Below are positions 25,626 through 37,944 of a stretch of DNA of 64,000 nucleotides, piece after piece. The notes beneath the pieces were generated by a model, which did not search any database, had not been told where the DNA came from, and saw nothing but the letters and a program-made list of their open reading frames with translations. Both the position numbers and the translations under genes were made by a program. This DNA is from Octopus vulgaris (lineage: Eukaryota), in NCBI GenBank assembly GCA_951406725.2, contig OX597822.1, positions 61,814,001-61,878,000 on the forward strand. The letters are read 5' to 3'. Numbering within the stretch: position 1 is the stretch's first letter; every line of letters starts with the position of its first letter.

Positions 25626-27319
25626 ATGTAACCAAGGCTATAGATGAAATGAAAACAGACTCAGCTACTGGCCCCGATGGATTCCCGGCAATCCTCCTAA
25701 AAGCATGTAAGAGAGTCCTAGCAAGACCACTGCAGTTCCTCTTTCAGAGCTTCCTTGCAGCTGGCAAACTTCCAGGAAAACTGAAGGAAGGTAAAATATG
25801 CCCCATTCATAAAGGAGGTAGCAGAGCGGAAGCCAAGAACTATAGACCTATCTCTCTGACCTCACACATCAGCAAGGTCATGGAACGAATAGTCAGAAGG
25901 AAGCTGATCACCTTCCTTGAAAAGAATGACTTGCTGCCCGACACCCAACATGGTTTCCGACCAGGGAGAAGCTGTTTAACTCAGCTCCTACAACACTATG
26001 ACTGGGTGCTGAAACGGCTGCTCAACCACTCAAATGTGGAAGTGATATATCTCGACTTTGCAAAGGCCTTTGATAAAGTCGATCATGGAATGATATGTCA
26101 CAAACTGCGTGATCTCAACATAGTTGGAAAACTGGGAGAATGGCTTCATGACTTTCTGAAGGATAGAAGTCAGGTGGTAGTAGCCAATGGGGCCACCTCC
26201 ATTAACACACAAATAGTGAGCGGTGTTCCGCAGGGCACTGTTCTGGGACCACTACTGTTCATAATGGCCCTCTCAGACATGCCCTCAGCCACGCAGAGAG
26301 CCACGATCACAAGTTATGCAGATGATACAAAAGTTTCACAGGCAATACAGAACCCTGAGGACACTAAACACCTGCAATGTGAGCTAGACGAAATATACAA
26401 GTGGGCTGAAAAGAATAGCATGCAGTTCAATGCTGGAAAGTTTCAAGCTTTATACTATCAGCATGCAAAACTGAATGCAATACCCAATGAATACACTGGA
26501 CCCGGAGGGATTGCAATCCCAGAGGCACAATCAGTGCGTGACCTGGGTATTCACATGAGTGATGACGCGACCTTTCATGTACATGTTGCTAAACTGACAA
26601 TGAAATGTAGACGGCTGGATGGATGGATTCTTAGAACCTTTAGAACAAGAGAACAAGAAACCATGATGGTCCTCTGGAAGACACTTGTCCTAAGCCACTT
26701 TGACTATTGCTCTCAGCTATGGTCACCATCCAGTGTCAAGTTGATCACAGAACTTGAGGCGATCCAACGAAGCTACACAAAGAAGATAGCCTCTATGCAG
26801 AATGTAAGCTACTGGGAAAGACTCAAGAGATTAAAATTATATTCCCTGGAGCGTAGGCAGGAAAGATATGCCATAATATACATCTGGAAGATCCTGGAGG
26901 GAAGTGTCCTGAACTTTGGCATCGAGAGTTACGCAAATGCCAGAACTGGGCGCCACTGCGTGGTGCCTAGGACTCCAAACCTGCCATCAAGATGTAGGAC
27001 AAGATACTGTGATAGCCTGGGCTTCCGAGGCCCACAGCTCTTCAATATCCTCCCGAAGAACCTGAGAGACCTGCATGGGGTGGATACAGATGTCTTTAAA
27101 ATGAAGCTGGATCTCTTCCTGTCAGGTGTCCCAGATGAACCAACTTCACGGCAGGAGGGGCAGATGAGGGCAGCTGCATCGAACTCTCTCATGCACCAAA
27201 TAGCAGTTGCTAGAAAGCCTCCATGAAGTGAAACCAAGTAGCAACACCAAATGGCGGTGCCCCAGCATGGCCACAGCTCATAAGCTGAAACTAGAATCAA
27301 TCAATCAATCAATCAATCA
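25626..27319 (+). mobile_element. CR1-group LINE copy C (5'-truncated), nearly identical to copy A
   Basis: About ten visible differences from 10779-12473; (ATCA)n tail. Confidence 0.93.
25649..27226 (+). CDS. Uninterrupted 525-aa reverse transcriptase ORF of LINE copy C (no endonuclease)
   Basis: All RT motifs present (NYRPISL, QHGFR, DFAKAFD, GVPQG, YADD, RDLG), no stops. Confidence 0.88.
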   Translation: MKTDSATGPDGFPAILLKACKRVLARPLQFLFQSFLAAGKLPGKLKEGKICPIHKGGSRAEAKNYRPISLTSHISKVMERIVRRKLITFLEKNDLLPDTQHGFRPGRSCLTQLLQHYDWVLKRLLNHSNVEVIYLDFAKAFDKVDHGMICHKLRDLNIVGKLGEWLHDFLKDRSQVVVANGATSINTQIVSGVPQGTVLGPLLFIMALSDMPSATQRATITSYADDTKVSQAIQNPEDTKHLQCELDEIYKWAEKNSMQFNAGKFQALYYQHAKLNAIPNEYTGPGGIAIPEAQSVRDLGIHMSDDATFHVHVAKLTMKCRRLDGWILRTFRTREQETMMVLWKTLVLSHFDYCSQLWSPSSVKLITELEAIQRSYTKKIASMQNVSYWERLKRLKLYSLERRQERYAIIYIWKILEGSVLNFGIESYANARTGRHCVVPRTPNLPSRCRTRYCDSLGFRGPQLFNILPKNLRDLHGVDTDVFKMKLDLFLSGVPDEPTSRQEGQMRAAASNSLMHQIAVARKPP

Positions 27320-27679
27320 TATGTATATATATATATATATATGTATGTATACATATATGTCTGTGTCTTTGTGTCTGTGTTTCATCACCATCACTTGGTA
27401 ACCGATGTTGGTGTGTTTACGTCTCCGTAATATAGTAGTTCGACAAAAGAGACTGATAGAATAAGTACTAGGCTTGCAAAGAATATACCCTAGGGTCGAT
27501 TTTTTTCAACTATGAAACCCTTTGAGGCGGTACCCTTGCATGGCGCAGTCAGATGACTGAAACAAGTAAAAGAATAAAAGGATATATATATATAATAATA
27601 ATAATATTAGGGAGTAAATCCAAACTTACAGGGAAAAATTAGATTTAGGATTAAATCTAATTTTACAGTATAAATAAAT

Positions 27680-27905
27680 GCGCAATGGCCCAGTGGTTAG
27701 GGCAGCGGACTTGCGGTCGGAGGATCGCGGTTTCGATTCCCAGACCGGGCGTTGTGTGTGTTTATTGAGCGAAAACACCTAAAAGCTCCACGAGGCTCCG
27801 GCAGGGGATGGTGGTGATCCCTGCTGTACTCTTTCAGCACTCTAAAGGCGGTGCTCCAGCATGGCCGCAGTCAAATGACTGAAACAAGTACAAAAAAAAA
27901 AAAAA
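27680..27905 (+). mobile_element. SINE family 2 (tRNA-derived head) with a family-1-type tail and poly(A)
   Basis: A-box tggcccagtgg, B-box-like ggtttcgattcc; tail ggcggtgctccagcatggccgcagtcaaatgactgaaac. Confidence 0.85.
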
Positions 27906-28089
27906 TATTAAATTAGAGATAAAACCACTATTAGGCAAATCAAACAGTGAAAAACATAAACCAAAACATAAAAATAAATTAATTAATATAATATACAAAA
28001 TATATAAAATATAAAATTCAAAATTTAAATTATTTAAATTAAAAGTTAAAATTTTAAAATAATTTAAAATTATTAATTTATACTTATAA

Positions 28090-28150
<61 letters not shown>

Positions 28151-28280
28151 TATTAATTCTATTTTTATTATAATTTTTTTTAGTTTTTATTTTTTTTATT
28201 ATATATATATATTTTTTTTTTTTAATTTAAAAAAAAATATATGTAACTATCATCATAAAGTATCAAAAAGTGTAATATAA

Positions 28281-28785
28281 GATAAAAATTCCGTAATGAT
28301 AAAATATGCTTTAAAAAGGCAAGTATTTATGAAAATTCGAATATTCGTCGTAGGAAATGGTAAAAGTTCAAATATATATATTTGCATACATATATATATA
28401 CATCACTTACATACATAAACACACACGCGTACATACACAATCATATCATGCACCACACATACATATATATGACACGCCAAGCAGTTTGAGGTTTTAATTG
28501 TACCTTTGAGTAAATTTAAGTTTTTAGACGGTAATGTAATTGAAATAAATGTAATTAAAATAAATACGTCGTACAACTGTAAAAACTCTCTTTACAAGTG
28601 TCTGCAACTCAGCGGTGTGTTTAATTAAATTTAATGAAATACAGTGCTTCGGCTAAAGATTTAGTTTCAATCTATGTTACTATATTAATTATAGCATATA
28701 TATATATATATATATATGCTATAATTATAAGTATGTACGTATGGTCCTATATGTATATATGCATGTATGTATAGAATGTATTATG

Positions 28786-28823
<38 letters not shown>

Positions 28824-29015
28824 TATTTATATTCACACATATATATGTATGTATATATATATACATACATATACATACATATATATATACATATACATAC
28901 ACACGCATATATATACACATACATACATATACATATATATACACATACATACATATACATATATATTTAGATGATATGTATATATATATATATACACACA
29001 AACATACATACACAC

Positions 29016-29061
<46 letters not shown>

Positions 29062-30160
29062 TTATAATTATACATGATTATGTGTTGTGTATGTGTGTTT
29101 GTATTTAAATGTATATATTTCTTCATTTGTATATGTATATCGATTTATTTATATACTGATAACTAAAAATACATTTGCCCTTTATTATTATTTTTTTTTT
29201 TCATTTTGATAAAATTTTTTCCATGTGTTATATAGAAATTTAATAGGATTTACGAACATTAAACTGGAGATAATTTTGACCTGTCAACATATACACGAAT
29301 TTCAATTGATAGCTTTCAACATCGTAGTTTTCATATTGTTCTTTATATAGCGTAATTGATCTGTACATAAGTTTGCATGAATATCTAAATATGTATAGAT
29401 GTATATATATATATCCATGTTTTCTTTTTTTTTTAATTCAGAGTTAAATTTGACCGTTTACCTGCTTGTCAGCAAGGATATGAAGAGAAAAATAGTTTTG
29501 TTCATTATCTTTTAAATCTTAAGAAGCTGTTGCAGATATTTATTTCCCCAGATACCGTGATCATTTGTAGCGTATGAATTAAGGAATTTTATTGTATTCC
29601 AAGAATTCAAGTTCAGCTATAGCTTGATCCAGGCGACTTGCTTCGTACCCTGTTGCACCAATAATAATAGGTAGGTATGAAACTGAAAGCGTATCTTCGG
29701 TACTAGGTTTCACAACACCTTATCAATGGTCAACAGACGTTTTCATTTTTTTTTTCTGACCACCTGATTTCCACAAGAAAGTATATTTTTCTCGTTGTCT
29801 CAATCAACAATATGTGGCCGGCAGTGTTTCAACTTAGGAGCTGTTCTACCAACATCATGTAAACCCATTCCTCTATGAAGTGGAGTTATTCTGTTGGCCC
29901 GTAAAGCAATCGACCAAACAACTTTTCCTTTCGAACTCGTGAAGCTTTTCTTATTTTATAAAAAACTTCTTCATTGTATCTAGTTTATGATATAATTTAT
30001 TGCTTTGAAAGGCACTGAAATCTCAATGATGTATTATTGTTATGAAATTCATCGAACTTTTGAACTTTTACCATTTCCTAAGACAGTGAAATTCATTGAA
30101 TATTCGAATATTCATAAATATTTGCCTTTTTTAAGCATATTTTATCGTTATGGAATTTTC
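28281..30160. repeat. Old inverted-arm structure, possible decayed Penelope-like element
   Basis: 28281-28372 is an imperfect reverse complement of 30059-30160; weak GIY-YIG-like remnants on + near 29620-29960. Confidence 0.45.
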
Positions 30161-31182
30161 TACCGTTCTTATACTTTCCTTTAAACTTTTATCTTTTTTT
30201 TATTATTTACTATCAAAAAAAAAATGCAGTTAGGAAATCGGTATACTATTTTAATAAATTTGCAAAAAATTTAAGAACTATAATTCGTTTTAAGATTTTA
30301 TATGCACACACAACTTCAAAGCGAATTACCCTATATTCTTACTTCCATGAAAGTAAACCTGTATGAATGTAGTTATAAAAGATATGCAAAGCTCGTCCAG
30401 TTATTGGTTACCTGATGTCAGTAGCATACATTGGAAATACTCTTGAAACTAGCTATGCATCAGTATCCATAGAGATTACATATTAACATATCTGATATTA
30501 TTAAAAGCCAATTACCAACAATTGAAATGACACATGATTTTGGAAATGCATTCTCACGCTGAGTGAAATGAAGATAGCAGCTAACGAAGAACTAATTTAA
30601 GCAAAAACCTGACGAATCACATTTTACACCTTGGATGTATGATAATGATTACACATCTCACCAATGTACTACAGGTGTAAAGATATGTCGTAACAATTTT
30701 TGTAAAATTGAGTAAAAGTTGTCGTTCTTTCCATTTTCTATCAGTTATTATGTCTGTTTATCTGTCTGTTTGTATGTATGTATGTATGTATGTATGTATG
30801 TATGTATGTATGTATGTATGTATGTATGTATGTATGTATGTATGTATGCATGTATGTATGTATGCATCCTTGCATGCATGTATGTATGTATGTTTATATA
30901 TATATGTATGTACATAGCACATCTATCTATCCAGCTATCAGTCAGTTTATATGAGTGTATGTGTGTGTGTGTTTGTATGTTTCTGTCTATGTTTGTCGCC
31001 AACCACCACCACCACCACTTGACAATAGTGTTAGTGTGTTTACGTCCCCGTAACCAAGCGGATAGAATAAATACCAGGGATTAGATAAAAGTTGGTACCG
31101 AAGTTGATTTATTCGACTAAAAATTCTTCAAAGCAGTGCCTCATCATGGCTGCAGTCTAATGATTGAAACAAGTAAAAGATA

Positions 31183-31265
<83 letters not shown>

Positions 31266-32214
31266 CATATATATATACATATACATATATATATACATTT
31301 ATACATATATATATATACATGTGTGTGTGTGTGCATACATACATACATACATACATACATAAATATATGCATACATACATACGTATGTATGTATTTACAT
31401 ATGTATGGCATTGTATATTGTATTGCGACAACATAATGTATCGCATAGGGAGGTAGTATATTGATGAAATTTTGAGGCAGTTGCCAGTCACATGTGTGAT
31501 GGCTTCCACAGAAATATGACATAATCTACATTTTGGGTTGCATCGTGCAACTCCAAGGACTTCACTGTCTCTTTTCTACTAGATATTAGATATTTATTAG
31601 ATATTTTGCAAATGTACCGCCATCGAAGTGCAATGTGATGTAGCGGTCACGCGTACAAGAGAGTTTCGTTTCATGTCAATGTTACTGTCTTCTTCAAGCC
31701 TTCAGAAAAAATACCCATGCATAGTCTCTTTTTAGTATGCTGAGCGCTTCACTTCCAGATTTTCTTTGAGGTATGACTTGGCGTTGTATGGGAGTTCGTG
31801 AGGAAGAGATTGCTTCCGAAGGAGCTTGGTTCCTACACGTAACATATTGTCTTCTTCACTTTACAACCCTAAGTTAATGTATTTATTTTTGTTGCTGTTG
31901 TTTAGCAAAAGCTGTCTGTAAGAGACTATGTGACATTCAAAGATTGTTTGCACCGATCTCAAGCCTCTATCTCCTTTATTTCCTCTTAGATAGAGCCTGT
32001 CGATATCGCTATTTCTGTGGCGAAATTTGTTGAAATCTCTTTTCAGTAAGTCTAATTTTGATATTTCACAAATTGCTATTAAGAACTATTATAGGCCAAT
32101 AACTGTTTATCTTTTGCGATGTATGTGTGATAAAGATGTCTATCTTTTTGCGAACTTTAATCGCTAGGCATATCACTAATGCTATTCAGATTGAAAGATA
32201 TAAATACGTAATCT

Positions 32215-32425
32215 TTTATCTTTTGCTTGTTTCAGTCATATGACTGCGGCCATGCTGAGGCACCGCCTTGAATGGCTTTAATCGAACGAATCAACCATAG
32301 TACTTATTTTTCTGATTGACCCGGGTCTATAGAAGACAGTTGTTTAAGGTGCCGTGTAATGGGACTGAAACCCGAAACCACGTGGTTTTTAAAACGAGTT
32401 TCTTAACCACACATCTATACCCGCA
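32215..32425 (-). mobile_element. SINE family 1, internally deleted
   Basis: Tail and head similarity to other copies. Confidence 0.65.
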
Positions 32426-32635
32426 CATGAAAAAAATTATAAAGACTAAACTATTGGATAAAAATGTTCTGTAATAAGCCATTTTGATGTCACAATGGAA
32501 GCCTACGAAGTCCGTATGGAATTATTCTTACTTAATCTATAAAACAGGACTCCCCTATTTGAATGAGATGCTTCAATTGAAATGTCAGGAATTTAGTTTT
32601 TCAACTCGGTTTACTGATAGACTTAAACATTTAGA

Positions 32636-32849
32636 GGCGCAATGGCCTAGTGGTTAGGGCAGCGGACTCGCGGTCGCAGGATCGCGGTTTCGATTCTCAG
32701 ACCGGGCGTTGTGTGTGTTTATTGAGCGAAAACACCTAAAAGCTCTACGAGGCTCCGGCAGGGGGTGGTGATCCCTGCTGTACTCTTTCACCACAATGGC
32801 GGTGCCCCAGCATGGCCACAGCTCAAGAGCTGAAACTGGAAAAAACAAA
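32636..32849 (+). mobile_element. SINE family 2 with a tail matching the LINE A/C 3' end
   Basis: Same head as 27680; 32796-32837 matches LINE 12405-12446 at 40/42 nt. Confidence 0.88.
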
Positions 32850-34000
32850 TTTATACCATTTTTTAGGCATCTTGAGTTTAATATTAATTCTTATACTAGC
32901 TTTGCTATCGTTATACTTTCAGAGTAGTTCTGAATCATTCGGCGAACCTTAATGAAATGCTAAGTTACATTCACCCGCCTAATATCTGAATTATCTTATT
33001 AAAATATTTTACTTTTATTATCAACACTCACTGTTAAGGAGCATATTTTAATGAATCGTCTAATTATTGTAATGAAGCTTTTATATATAATTATTGTAAA
33101 GAGATTTTTTAAAAAAATGAATATCAAAAATATCAGAACATCCCATCATATGACTAGAATACATATCTCTTGGTTCAATATTCCGTTTAATTAAGAAGTT
33201 GCCTCCTCCATAACTAGTTTTTAAATCTTATACACCGAAACATTTTCATTAGAACATAAGTATTACAATTTTTTTCCTATAACCATCATCACGATTTCAT
33301 ACTAGACATAGTTAAACCTTGCTTCTTCAAACCTTCATCTATCTAATTTACTTAATAATTATAATTATATAGCCTGTGTCTATATATGACTCTCTCTATA
33401 TACATATAAGGGTATGAAGGTAAGAGATGTGGGTACATACAGTTGCATGAATATACCTTCTGTAGACGCTTTTACCTGATTTAGTTACTATCATCCAGGC
33501 CTCTATTTTTTCTTATTAATCTAGCCTGTTTTTTTTATCACATTTGATGACTCTTTACATTCTTCATCCATAGGCTTTAAAGTGTGGTCGTCTCAGCCTA
33601 ACCGACACTTTTCTCTTACGTACACTTCCACGTGAATACACACACACACATATATCGCAAATATGTCTGAAAATCATATAGATTGATTTATGGTAGAGTA
33701 AAAAAATCTCTGAATCTAATTAAGGAGGGCAGACACTAGTCACGATGACTTGATAAAACAAACTTCAAAAAGAAAATAATTACCATCATAAGATTCCTCA
33801 CTAATTGCAAAAAATATATAAACACACAGAATTTAGAGACTTACATATAGGTATATACCAATGTAAATGTACGTCTACTATATCCGTAGGCATGCGTATG
33901 CGTATATGCACACGCATACATATATACACATGTCTATATAAAGAAACGTTTACATTCAAATACATACAGGGAAACACACACGCACACACACATCATGCGC

Positions 34001-34033
<33 letters not shown>

Positions 34034-34108
34034 TGTATGTATGTATGTATGTATGTATGTATGTATGTATGTATGTAGGTAGGTAGGCATATATGTAGGC
34101 ATATATGT

Positions 34109-34180
<72 letters not shown>

Positions 34181-34337
34181 ATATATATATATTTATATTC
34201 ATATTCATATATAGCTAGCATACTCAGACCATGCCTATATTCAAATAGATATAAGCATATAACATGCCAATTCCAACATGCATTATGTAAACATAATTAC
34301 ACACAGACGCACGCCCACACTCACACACACACACTCC

Positions 34338-34379
<42 letters not shown>

Positions 34380-35135
34380 CGTGCATACCATACATTCATA
34401 CATACACATACTTTATAGATAGATAGACACACACTTAAATACATATGCATATAGACATACACACACGGCTAGTTATTACGTTTATCTATATGAAAAGATG
34501 TAGCTACATAAAGATCTCAACGAATTCATTTTTACATATATGCATATATCTTTTCCACCATTTCAAGGAGGAAATACAAATAAAGCATATTATTCATTAG
34601 ATGAGTCTGTCATTAAATTTTACTTAGCTAAACATTAGATCTAAAGGAATAATCACGATGACAGAGTAATATTAAAGTATTTTTGAAAATGCAGTGTCCA
34701 ATAAATTTTCGTCATATGTGTACAAGGCCGAGAATTTCGCGGGCGCTGAATTCCTAATATTCTGTTCATTCTAGTTTGAATTTGTTGGCTTTAGACTTTA
34801 GCTCATATAATAATGTAAAGTGCATTAATTTAGGGTTATAAAATAGTATCTTTTTTCCACCTATCTTTTAAAAAGAAATTTATTGTAAGACGTACAGGAT
34901 ACCTATTTCCATTACAGGTCAGGAGATTATAGCAAGAAATATATTTTCTAAGCAATTCATATTTAAAGGATGCTCGCTGACAATTCAGTTACAGATAATG
35001 TACTTCTTATTAGCTGGACTAGTAGAAGGCAATGTTATATAAGTTAGGGATGCAGTGGCATGATAATTTTGCGTATTCCCATGGCTCGTAGATTTGTTCT
35101 TTGTGTAGGTATAATTCTTATCATCACATTAATGG

Positions 35136-35935
35136 AGGCGGCGACGAACTGACTGGAAGGTTAGCACACCGGACAAAATACTTAGTGGCATTTCGTCCGT
35201 CTTTACGTTCTGAGTTCAAATTCGGCAGAGGTCGATTTTGTCTTTCATCCTTTCAGGGTTGGTCGATAACATAAGTACCAGTTGAGCTCCGGGATCGATG
35301 TAAACGACTAGCCCCATCTTCCAAAATTTTAGGCCTTGTGTCCGTAGTAAAAAGAATCATTATTGCAATAATGGCGAGCCTACAAAATTGTTAGCACGCC
35401 GGATAAAATGCTTAATAGCATTTCGCTGGTCTTTACCGTGAGGTTGATTTTACCTTTCATTTTTTCGGGGTCAATAAAGTAAATACATTCAAGTATAATC
35501 GACTGGCACCTTCCCACAAATTGCTAGCCTTGTGTCAAAATTAGAAATAATTATTATTACAATAATAGAACTCTTGCTAGTGTACCTATTATCTAAATTA
35601 TCCGCGATTCTTGGAACCTGACCAGTATACATAAAGGTCACTCAAGAAGGTCTCATTTGTTATGATTTGTTGGGTTGCTGTTAATATTATTTTTAAGGAC
35701 AAAAGTGATGAACTGGCAGAATCGTTAGCATGCTGGACAAAATGCTTAGTGGCATTACGTCCGTCTTAACGTTCTGAGTTCACATTCCGCCGATGCCGAC
35801 ATCCCCTTTCATCCTTTCGGAATCGATAAAATAAGTACCAGTTGAGCACTGGGGTCGATGTAATCGACTAGCCTCATCTCTCGCCCCAAAATAAGGCCCT
35901 GTGCCTGTAGCCGAACGGATTATTATTATTGCTGT
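35136..35935 (+). mobile_element. Cluster of three SINE family 3 copies (about 35136-35360, 35372-35560, 35705-35935)
   Basis: Shared ctggcagaatcgttagca.gccgg..aaatgcttag...gagttcaaattc...ctttcatcctttcggggtcgataaa.taagtaccag. Confidence 0.8.
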
Positions 35936-36588
35936 TGTTGCCCCTCGTATGATTTCATTTTTATACTTCTATTATTAGTGGCATTACAAGTTGCGGTTTA
36001 AAATATATTTAGCATATATTGTAAGACTCAACAGTTACATTTTCCTTGAATACACTTCTTTGTATTCATCTAAATTAATACTAGAATGATCAGCCTATCT
36101 TCCTTTAGTAAATAGTTCAATCTTAGTACTCATATTTTCCTTTGAAACCAATTTCATTGATAAACCTATTATTTACTTTTATATTTCTTTTGATTCTTTG
36201 ACATTTCATTATTATTATTATTATTTTTTTACCTTATTGTATTTATCTACTGGTTCTTTCTTTGAATCTGCATTGATCTATGGTCATTGCTCCCTTAAAG
36301 CAAATCATAACTGATATATTCTGATTACATCTATCGCCTGCGGAGATATGCGTAGAATCAGCTTGTCCTTTGAAGAAGAGTTAATGCTTTGGTCTACCAT
36401 GAATACTTCATAAGATTAATTTGTTAGTTTACTTTCAAGCATATTTGTATATATGGATGCATGCACGCATATATATTCATATGTAAATTTTGTATACACG
36501 CAAATGTTGATGTAATATTCATTATAAAAGAATAAGATTATAAAACAGCTGTAAGGGAATAAGTATCAATTCTTTCATCTCTGTTCTA

Positions 36589-36657
<69 letters not shown>

Positions 36658-36789
36658 CGTAAAAAGTAAAAGAGTCAAAAGGAAGAGTTAGGCATCTTTT
36701 TAATCACTACAAATGCTTGGGAATAGTGAACGAGCTCCATTTGTATTCTTATACGTTCTTAACAGAACACACCTCAACTATATATATAT

Positions 36790-37016
36790 CTTTACTCTTT
36801 TACTTGTTACAGTCATTTGGCTGCGGTCATGCTGGAGCACCGCCTTTAGTCGAGCAAATCGACCCCAGGATTTATTCTTTGTAAGCCTAGTACTTATTCT
36901 ATCGGTCTCTTTTGCCGAACCGCTAATGTTCAGGGGACGTAAATACACCAGTATCGGTTGTCAAGTGGTGTTGGGGGGACAAGCACAGACACACAAACAT
37001 ATATATACACACACGC

Positions 37017-37096
<80 letters not shown>

Positions 37097-37897
37097 ACAA
37101 TATAATAAATAAAATATATGCATATATACATACATATATGTACATACTTACATCTACATGTATATATACAAGCATATATATATATGAGTACAGGACACCA
37201 CAAATAAACGTAGAACGAGAAACGAAAACAAAATCAAACGAGGAAACGGACTTTTTTAACAACGAAAAAACAGATTACAGGATAAACAATACAAGGAAAA
37301 TTCCCCTTCATCAGCTGTTCCTGGTTCGGCTCAATGCGTGTTTCGAAGGTAAGGACAGAACACGGCCAGGCCGAAGAAGTCCTTCCTGCAAAAGGAATTA
37401 AATATAATTCTTTTGCAGAGGGGTAAAACGAGTGACAAGAACAGGACAATGAACAACCAAAAGGGCTTTTTTTTAGGCCTAGACGGTGGAAAAATTACTT
37501 AGAACGCATGTGAAAAATCGGCTTGCAGAGAGACAGGGAAGTCGGTCTATGCTTGTGGAAGGCACGGAGCTGAAAGAAAGTTTTTAGTAGTGCTCTCGTC
37601 AACGAACCAGAGAGGAGGAGAGAGAGAGAGAAAGAGGGGGGAAAAGAAACCAGAAAGGGTGAAAAATAAGAAGGAGAGAGGCAAGTAGAGAGGAAGACAG
37701 ACAGGCAGGGAGGAAAGGTGAAGTAAAGAGCAAGAGTGCGCGTCATGATTATTCAAATAAAAACTTACTTGGAGAAGCGAAACGAAGAGAAACGACGCGT
37801 GCGTTCGGTCATATAATAACAATATAATAAATAAATAAGATATATGCATATATACATACATATATGTACATACTTACATCTACATGTATATATACAA

Positions 37898-37944
<47 letters not shown>

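Noticed and set aside
32636-32710. tRNA gene-like sequence (also at 27680)
   Set aside because: It lacks a proper acceptor stem and continues into a shared SINE body and LINE-type tail, so it is a SINE head.
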